Positions 57,529 through 64,000 of a DNA stretch of 64,000 nt are shown here, piece after piece. Where the stretch lies: positions 608,001-672,000 of the forward strand of contig CAWCKY010000001.1 of NCBI GenBank assembly GCA_963796275.1, read 5' to 3'. The position numbers were made by a program, and so were the translations under genes. The DNA comes from an uncultured Acidobacteriota bacterium (lineage in GTDB: Bacteria; Acidobacteriota; Blastocatellia; RBC074). A model generated the notes under the pieces. That model saw only the letters and a list, made by a program, of their open reading frames with translations. It was not told the origin of the DNA and did not search any database. Each line of letters begins with the position of its first letter. The stretch's first letter is position 1.

Positions 57529-59541
57529 TCAATCGCCAGGTGCGGTGCTCGAGCCTTTCTGCTTCGGGTCTCCGAGCTTCATAATCCAGATGCCGGAGTT
57601 TATATCGTTGAAAAATATGTATTCTCCGTGCTGCCGCGCGCCCCACGCGAATGGCAGGTTCGGCCGGAAGCCCTGCTCATCGCCCGTCCATAAACGAGAT
57701 ATTTCACGGCCTTGCCGATACAAATCTCCGCGCAGTTCCCCCGAGACGTCCAACACACGGCCTCCGCCGCCGTAAAAACCCATCACCAGAATATCATCCT
57801 GCACCCACACATTATGGGCGCCTCCTTCGGGAACCCCATATTCGGCTACCTTGCGCGGGTTGGCGATGTCCGAGACGTCGACGACGTGTAGCACGCCGCG
57901 CGCAGGAATTCTTTTTTTACTGTATATTTCGAATTGCGCCGGGAAGACTTCGTCGCCTACGAAGACATAGTTCTTGTAGCGATAGACTTCGTGAGTTCCC
58001 GCGATCCATCCGTCGCCGTAAAGCTCATTATGATTGAAACGTAGCTGGCTTACGAGTTGCGGCTTCTCAGGGCTCCCGCCTTTGATGCCATTGCCGACGT
58101 CCAGTATAACCAGGCCATCGCGCCAGTACGCGAGATATGCCAGGCCATCTTTCACTTGCACGTCGTGCAGATATCGGCCTTCAGTGAATTGCCCGCCGGT
58201 GGCGCCGACGGCGACCTTCGGTCCGCGAGGCTCGGTCTGCCAGCGTGCGACTTCCCGCGGATTCTTCACGTCATTGAAATCGATCACACGCAAAGAGCCG
58301 GTCGCGTCATCGGTCAGGTAAACGTAGTGTTTATCTATATAGGCGCTGTGGACTCCGCCAGTCACCGATTCCGTGAATTCGGAGACGATTTTCGGATGCG
58401 CCGGATCTGATGTGTCGAGGAATACGATCCCGTTCTTCCTGCTCGATGCGCCTTCACGGGTAAGGACGCCGATCTTACCGTCAGCGGTCACGCTGACATC
58501 ATTTATTATGCGCGCGTCGACCTTGATCGTGTCGGTGAGCTTCGGATTTTTCGGGTTAGAGATGTCATAGACCTGAATCTGGTCCCAGATGGTCGAGATA
58601 TAAATGTGATTGCCGAACAGCCACTGCTCGGATACCTGCAGGTCTTTGAGTCTGATTCTTCCGATCAGATCGAGAGATCGCTCGGAATCCCGCGGTGCGA
58701 CTACGACTGTGGCGATGGTCGAAAGATCGCCGGCGGAAGCGGTGACGACATATGTGCCGGGCCGTTCTGCTACGAACCCGCCGTCCCTCTCGATTGTTGC
58801 GCTATCGCCGTTCACTGACCATCGTACCGCGGCATTTTTTATCGCTTTTCCGTTTACATCTTTTGTCTGTGCGGCGAAGCGAATTACATCACCGGTCCGC
58901 GCTTGAGTCGTACGAGGGTCGATTGTCAGGCTGCGAATATTGTTTTTGATGACCTCGACCGTTATTTCGGCGCTTGCATCCTCGGACTTTGCCGTCAATC
59001 TAACTTTGCCGGGGGCCACGCCCGTTACAAGTCCGGCCGCATCTATGACAGCGGCCCCCTGATTTTCGGACGACCAGGAGAACTTCACATCCTCACGCGG
59101 ATCCCCGTTCGCACCAACCGCCCGGGCATCGAGCTTGACGGTGCCTCCCGGGACCAAGGGAGCGCTGAGTCTGGAGATGTCGATGCGAACCACGCGCGAA
59201 GGTTTGATCCTGATCCTGGCCAGACCCGGTTTCCCGCCAATCAACGCAATGACGCGGACTTCGCCGGGCCCGAAGAGCGATACTTTACCGTTCGAATCTG
59301 CTGCGGCAAGGTCATGCGGCAGGGCAATCCACAGGTTCGCTTTCGCGCTGACCGGCTTACCATCAGCATCCAAGGCTTCAAAATTGAATTGCACTTGCTG
59401 CCCGACCTCCGCTTCCGCGATCTCCGGCGTTACCTTGACTGTTTTCACGGGAGCAGTCGTTTGCGCCAGAACACTCGATCCCAGCGTTATTATGGCAAGA
59501 GATGCAATGGTGTGAATCAAATGTTGAATTATGTCCGACAT
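57529..59541 (-). CDS. Secreted Ig-like (Big_2) plus LVIVD-repeat protein
   Basis: WSS..AAVIDAAGLVTG Ig repeats, and YDISNPKNP, LDTSDPAHP and VDVSDIANP LVIVD repeats. Confidence 0.82.
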   Translation of the reverse strand: MSDIIQHLIHTIASLAIITLGSSVLAQTTAPVKTVKVTPEIAEAEVGQQVQFNFEALDADGKPVSAKANLWIALPHDLAAADSNGKVSLFGPGEVRVIALIGGKPGLARIRIKPSRVVRIDISRLSAPLVPGGTVKLDARAVGANGDPREDVKFSWSSENQGAAVIDAAGLVTGVAPGKVRLTAKSEDASAEITVEVIKNNIRSLTIDPRTTQARTGDVIRFAAQTKDVNGKAIKNAAVRWSVNGDSATIERDGGFVAERPGTYVVTASAGDLSTIATVVVAPRDSERSLDLIGRIRLKDLQVSEQWLFGNHIYISTIWDQIQVYDISNPKNPKLTDTIKVDARIINDVSVTADGKIGVLTREGASSRKNGIVFLDTSDPAHPKIVSEFTESVTGGVHSAYIDKHYVYLTDDATGSLRVIDFNDVKNPREVARWQTEPRGPKVAVGATGGQFTEGRYLHDVQVKDGLAYLAYWRDGLVILDVGNGIKGGSPEKPQLVSQLRFNHNELYGDGWIAGTHEVYRYKNYVFVGDEVFPAQFEIYSKKRIPARGVLHVVDVSDIANPRKVAEYGVPEGGAHNVWVQDDILVMGFYGGGGRVLDVSGELRGDLYRQGREISRLWTGDEQGFRPNLPFAWGARQHGEYIFFNDINSGIWIMKLGDPKQKGSSTAPGD

Positions 59542-59697
59542 CTTATAGAGGTCTCCTCTAGGCTAACGACATTGGGTAGGTTGAAACGCGCGAGACTTTA
59601 GCATTAGAGAGCTAAGGAGACAAGAGGAGAGCAGGAGCGGGTGAGAGGGAGAATACCTTGATGTGGGTCTCCCTGTCTCCCAGGCTTCCGCCGATTT

Positions 59698-60486
59698 TTA
59701 GCGCGCTGCCGCCAGGTTCGAGTCGAACTGCCGTGTCAACCCAATGCCGCGGCTCTCTTCGTCATAAAGAGCTGTGTTGACGCTGTCCCAAGGTTTGATC
59801 TCTCTCGCTGAGCCTCCGGAATTGAAGCTGATGTTTGGGACTTTTTGAATGTAAGTTTTGCTAACCCGTTCCTCCCGGACACGCCACTCGCCGGAGATGG
59901 CACGTCGCAAAGTCTCTCCGTAATAAGCCGTCAGTTCCTGAAAAAGACTGGGATTGGTCTGTGCCGTCGTGTGCGACCTGTGAAAGCCGCTGATGTAACT
60001 ATCGAGACGCCTCAGGCTGGCGCGCGAGTAGTCCAGCGAACCTGCGCGGAGACGGAGTCGTTTCTCCAGCCTGGCCACGAGTTCCGGAACGTTCTCGATG
60101 AGCGCCTGCCCGTCAGGTATCAGGTCTTCCAGCATATGTCGCGCCCGTTTTTCGTCATCGAAAGCCGCTTCGGATACATAGAGAACGCCATAACCGGCGA
60201 CAGATGTAGGCTTCGCTTTTCCTACCCGTTTGACCAAAAGAGGATAATAGACTTCCAGCACGCGCCCGTCGCTCAAACGAGTGCTCGAGAACCTGTTTGG
60301 CTGTTTGTTGAGGTTCCCTTCATTCTCGCTGGCGAGTAGCCGCTGCGCTTCGGTGAAGCTGATACGTTGAGATTTGGTGGATTTACCTTTTCGTGATGGC
60401 TGTTGCCCTTTTATAGTGGAGCAGATTGCTAAAACCGTAATTAAGATCGGGAGAGTGGTTTTTAAAACAATACTATAATTCCGCAA
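59698..60486 (-). CDS. Secreted hypothetical protein
   Basis: Signal peptide-like N-terminus. LDYSRASLRRLD..AYYGE..GEW resembles DUF3806-like helical domains. Confidence 0.65.
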   Translation of the reverse strand: MRNYSIVLKTTLPILITVLAICSTIKGQQPSRKGKSTKSQRISFTEAQRLLASENEGNLNKQPNRFSSTRLSDGRVLEVYYPLLVKRVGKAKPTSVAGYGVLYVSEAAFDDEKRARHMLEDLIPDGQALIENVPELVARLEKRLRLRAGSLDYSRASLRRLDSYISGFHRSHTTAQTNPSLFQELTAYYGETLRRAISGEWRVREERVSKTYIQKVPNISFNSGGSAREIKPWDSVNTALYDEESRGIGLTRQFDSNLAAAR

Positions 60487-61284
60487 GCATTACCCCTTTG
60501 TTAATTGTTATTTGTCGTTACCCGGTAACCGTTCGATGAACAGCTACTTATTCGTTCTCTTCACACCGTCACCAATTTCACCTATCAGATTAGTCTATCA
60601 GACGATCGTGCTAGAGCCATTGCAGTTCATTTCCCGGTTCTTCACCTTTTTGATCACCCCCCTATTTTACCCGATGAGAGTTTCCCGTCTACACGCTCAC
60701 CCAGTGTAAGCTCGTTTTTTGATTATGCGTCTGACTGCTTGGCGTCCCATCTCGAAATCACTTTGTAAAAATCAGTCCTGAATACATCTGTGATGGCGGA
60801 GTGGATATCCGCACGATCATTCAAAAGCCCGCTCTTTTCGCGGCATCCATTCCTTTGATTCGCAGATCGAAGATTGTTCGCACTATCAATACCACGGGGC
60901 TTGTAGATGTAAAGTTTTGCGTCTTCACCTATGCGATACACATAGAAGCAGTGTCCGTTGCTGATCTTGCCTTCCCACAGTTTTCGCTTCATCCCCGCGT
61001 GAATCCGCCCGAAAGTTCGACCCCTGTCTGCCGTTTAGGCTTTACTGGTTTGAAGTTTTAGACGGCTATAAGAACTTTATTTTAGATCGTGATTTTCGTT
61101 AAGTTGGGTTGACTGGCTGAATTTTCAGGTAACTATCAGAATCAAGAGAACCAAACAGGCTCCCAATGATTATCGATAATTCTCTATAAATCCCGCCAAA
61201 TGCCGCCTAAGTACCCAAGGCTATTGACTAAAGCAGGCACTTGAAGTAAAGCTTCCCCGTCTCACAATCGAAGGAAAGGGAATT

Positions 61285-61470
61285 ATGAACCGCATTATCG
61301 AAAAGATTCTCTCTACGCTTTGGAAACCTTCTAAAAATACGCTAAAGGTAAACATGCCTGCTCCGCCTGAGCAGCAGGCCGTAGTCAAAGAAGAGACGCC
61401 AACCAAGGTCGATCTCCGAGCGACACGGCAAATAGACCCTCGCTATACGAGACCAATCGGCAAGCTTTGA
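61285..61470 (+). CDS. Small hypothetical protein (61 aa)
   Basis: AAGGAAAGGG before ATG and a TTGACT-N17-TAAAGC promoter-like element at 61224-61252. Confidence 0.45.
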   Translation: MNRIIEKILSTLWKPSKNTLKVNMPAPPEQQAVVKEETPTKVDLRATRQIDPRYTRPIGKL

Positions 61471-61582
61471 TTAGTCAGGCCCCTATGGGTTTGAGCGGAT
61501 TTAATAATCTCTGTGCCCCGCGTGTCCCGCTCACAGCCTCGCGTATAAAAAATATGCGCGTAAAGTAGCTCGCCTCTGAGCC

Positions 61583-61767
61583 GCTCCCCCCACTTTTTAA
61601 ACCGGGTGTACGGACGATTCAATCAATCCGATGAACGTGCCGTAAGGATGCCGCGGACTGGTGTCCGAATCCAGAACGACCTTCTCATTAAAATCATATC
61701 GAATCTTCTATGACCGAGAGTGTCGCAATGCGCCACTCGATCTGCCGTATAAACGGAAAAGGGGAGC
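61583..61767. ncRNA. Candidate ~185-nt structured RNA upstream of ftcd
   Basis: Nested end-to-end pairing GCTCCCC/GGGGAGC, TTTT/AAAA, CCG/CGG and TGTACGG/CCGTATA, plus internal hairpins. Confidence 0.4.
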
Positions 61768-61868
61768 AAATATCGCGGGTTTCTGATAGGTTATGTAGTC
61801 GCTAAATAGGAAAAGCTTGTATTTGCAAAATCACGCAGATAGTTTGCAATATGCTGAGCGCAATAACT

Positions 61869-63479
61869 ATGAACAAGATTGTCGAATGCGTCCCCAATAT
61901 CAGCGAAGGGCGTGACCAGAAGAAATTGGAGTTGATAGTTTCGGCCATCGCCTCAGTAACCGATGCAATTCTCCTCGATTGCGAGATGGACGGCGATCAT
62001 AACCGTTCAGTGATCACATTTGCCGGAGAACCCGAAGACGTTGTCGAAGCGGCCTTTCGCGCGGCTGCCACCGCAGCGGAGTTGATCGACCTCAACCACC
62101 ATGAGGGAGAACATCCGCGGATGGGCGCACTCGATGTCTTACCCTTCGTGCCGATCGAAGGCGTCACCTTAGATGATTGTATTGCGCTAGCGCGACGCGC
62201 CGGCGAGCGGATCGCGCGTGAATTAAGAATCCCCGTGTATCTTTACGAGTTTGCCGCATTTCGTCCGGAACGCGTCGACCTGGCCGAGGTGCGCCGCGGG
62301 GAATTCGAAGGATTACGCCGGGAGATCGAGACCGATCCCGCGCGCAAACCCGATTTCGGCGAGGCTAAAATTCATCCGACCGCGGGGGCGATGGCGGTCG
62401 GCGCGCGCCTGCCGCTGATCGCATATAACATCAACCTGGCGTCTCAGGACCTATCCATCGCCAAGAAGATCGCGAAGGCTGTCCGCGCTCGGGATGGGGG
62501 GCTACAGAATGTCAAGGCTCTCGGATTTGAGCTAAAAAATCGCGGCCAGATACAGGTCTCTATGAATCTGGTAAAACACCATGAGACGCCCATATTTCGC
62601 GTCTTCGAAATGGTCAGGCGCGAGGCTGAGAGACACGGCGTCTCCATCGCCGGCAGCGAATTTGTAGGGCTCGTGCCGCAGTCGGCGCTCAACGCGTGTA
62701 GCGATTATTATCTGCGGATCGAAAATTTCAGCGAAGACATCATCTTCGAACATCGATTGCAAACCGAACTGGCGAAGCGCGGAAAAAGCATGCGTCCCAT
62801 TCTCCGCGCTGATAACCGGATCGAGCTCGACCAGCTAATGGATGGATTCCCAGCGGGAGCGGATTGTCCTACTATCGATAAATTCGCAGAAGATGTTGCG
62901 CTCGGCACACTTGCGCCTGATGGTGGCGTCGTCGCCACCTACACCGGAGTTCTCGCTGCGTCATTGGCCATCATGGTCTGCAACCTGACGATCGGGCATA
63001 AAGCGGAGGTCGAGAGCGAAGTGCGCGGCGTGCTCTATCAGCTCGAGCGATTGAAAGAAGATTTACGAATGGCCATGAACGAAGAGGATGATGTCGGCGT
63101 TCTCCTCATCGAGGCTATGTCTCTGCCGCGGGACACAGATGCCGAACGTCTGGCGCGCACGACCGCGATCGAAGAGGCAACCAAAAGCGCCGTCGCGGTT
63201 CCGCTGCGCGTGGCGCAAGGGACTATGGAAGTTCTCGAGTTGCTCAGTGAGCTCTCCGAAATCGGAAATCCCAGCGCATTCGCGAATCTCGCTGTCGGCG
63301 CACAGCTCGCTATGTCGGCGATGCGCGGAGCTGCCTATGACATTTTGAGCCAGTTGTTCTCGATCAACGATGAAGAGTTCAACCGGTATCGTCGCGCCGA
63401 TCTAACCGAACTCATCACTCGTGGACAGGAGAGGGCGGACGAGATCGAGGCGCTATTCTTCCGTCTCTATCCTCGATAG
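61869..63479 (+). CDS. ftcd: Glutamate formimidoyltransferase fused to a cyclodeaminase-like domain
   Basis: VECVPNISEGR, DHNRSV, HPRMGA.DV.PF, HPTAGA and QVSMNL motifs. C-terminal APDGG..AA...MVCNLTIG cyclodeaminase-like domain. Confidence 0.92.
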   Translation: MNKIVECVPNISEGRDQKKLELIVSAIASVTDAILLDCEMDGDHNRSVITFAGEPEDVVEAAFRAAATAAELIDLNHHEGEHPRMGALDVLPFVPIEGVTLDDCIALARRAGERIARELRIPVYLYEFAAFRPERVDLAEVRRGEFEGLRREIETDPARKPDFGEAKIHPTAGAMAVGARLPLIAYNINLASQDLSIAKKIAKAVRARDGGLQNVKALGFELKNRGQIQVSMNLVKHHETPIFRVFEMVRREAERHGVSIAGSEFVGLVPQSALNACSDYYLRIENFSEDIIFEHRLQTELAKRGKSMRPILRADNRIELDQLMDGFPAGADCPTIDKFAEDVALGTLAPDGGVVATYTGVLAASLAIMVCNLTIGHKAEVESEVRGVLYQLERLKEDLRMAMNEEDDVGVLLIEAMSLPRDTDAERLARTTAIEEATKSAVAVPLRVAQGTMEVLELLSELSEIGNPSAFANLAVGAQLAMSAMRGAAYDILSQLFSINDEEFNRYRRADLTELITRGQERADEIEALFFRLYPR

Positions 63480-63664
63480 AATGCGATACGCAACAAACAC
63501 GCGAAAACAGGGATAGAAGCAAACATTTTTGTCATCTTCACCGCTCGGGCGGAGCGAATCCTGAGACGTCGCAGAGGATATTTTACCTGCGTCTCCATAA
63601 GCATTCTCTACGTCCAGACGGTGGTAACCGCAACTATAAAATTGCAGCTAAACTCAAATATAAG

Positions 63665-64000
63665 ATGAGAACGAACAAGCTGATTGCCATCTCACTGATC
63701 TTCGCCCTGCTGATATCATTAACGTCGATATTTCCCGCAGTGCCATCTGTGCTCTCCGCATCGCGCCCGCCTGTCCGCGGAAAGCATGGGATGGTTGCGT
63801 CAGTCAGCGAAATCGCCTCGCAGATAGGAGTTGACATTTTGAAACGCGGCGGCAATGCGGTGGATGCCGCAGTTGCCGTCGGGCTGGCGCTCGCGGTCGT
63901 GTGGCCTTCGGCGGGCAACCTGGGGGGCGGCGGGTTTATGGTAATCCGACTGGCTGATGGCAAAACGACGGCAATCGATTACCGCGAGATGGCGCCTGCC
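63665..64000 (+). CDS. ggt: Gamma-glutamyltransferase (5' part, runs off the window; missing from the ORF track)
   Basis: My translation gives MRTNKLIAISL...HGMVAS..ASQIGVDILKRGGNAVDAAVAVG.ALAVVWPSAGNLGGGGF..IDYREMAP. Confidence 0.93.
   Translation, partial: MRTNKLIAISLIFALLISLTSIFPAVPSVLSASRPPVRGKHGMVASVSEIASQIGVDILKRGGNAVDAAVAVGLALAVVWPSAGNLGGGGFMVIRLADGKTTAIDYREMAPA

Noticed and set aside
61005-61035. GTTCGACCCC as a tRNA T-arm or att site
   Set aside because: The flanks do not form a T-stem or cloverleaf, and no integrase is nearby.
60512-61061. Short overlapping ORFs in the 60.5-61.1 kb gap
   Set aside because: They conflict with one another and have no clear RBS or recognisable motif.

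Overview
A 64-kb bacterial chromosomal window with no rRNA, tRNA, CRISPR array or transposase that I can recognise. Stand-alone MacB-type permeases and TIGR03437-like C-terminal domains suggest Acidobacteriota, possibly Blastocatellia (inference). In order, it holds: a GT-C/GT2 envelope glycosylation cluster; htrA/hxlR; a nitrogen-control island (9.3-20.7 kb); a PHP-GT4-GT4 operon divergent from phoX with Pho-box-like repeats; gatB/cyclophilin/ABC permeases; a Bacillus-like fadR-fadD-fadN-fadA-fadE operon with a perfect FadR box; pfk; a Ser/Thr kinase; beta-propeller proteins; FTCD; and the start of ggt. The best candidate for an undescribed system is the nitrogen island. It contains (1) a NifA-like GAF-AAA+-HTH activator with no nif genes and a repeated ACA-W4-TGT operator, (2) a perfect sigma54 promoter, (3) two paralogous ~75-86 aa small proteins (30/46 identical core), one directly upstream of glnA and one directly upstream of ilvD, (4) GlnE split into divergent removase and GlnD-ACT-fused transferase genes, and (5) an IlvD with a duplicated N-terminus. 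Other observations: two candidate ncRNAs, nested heptamer/REP palindromes, and three single-base frameshifts that may be assembly errors. Family assignments come from motif recognition by eye; no database searches were run.
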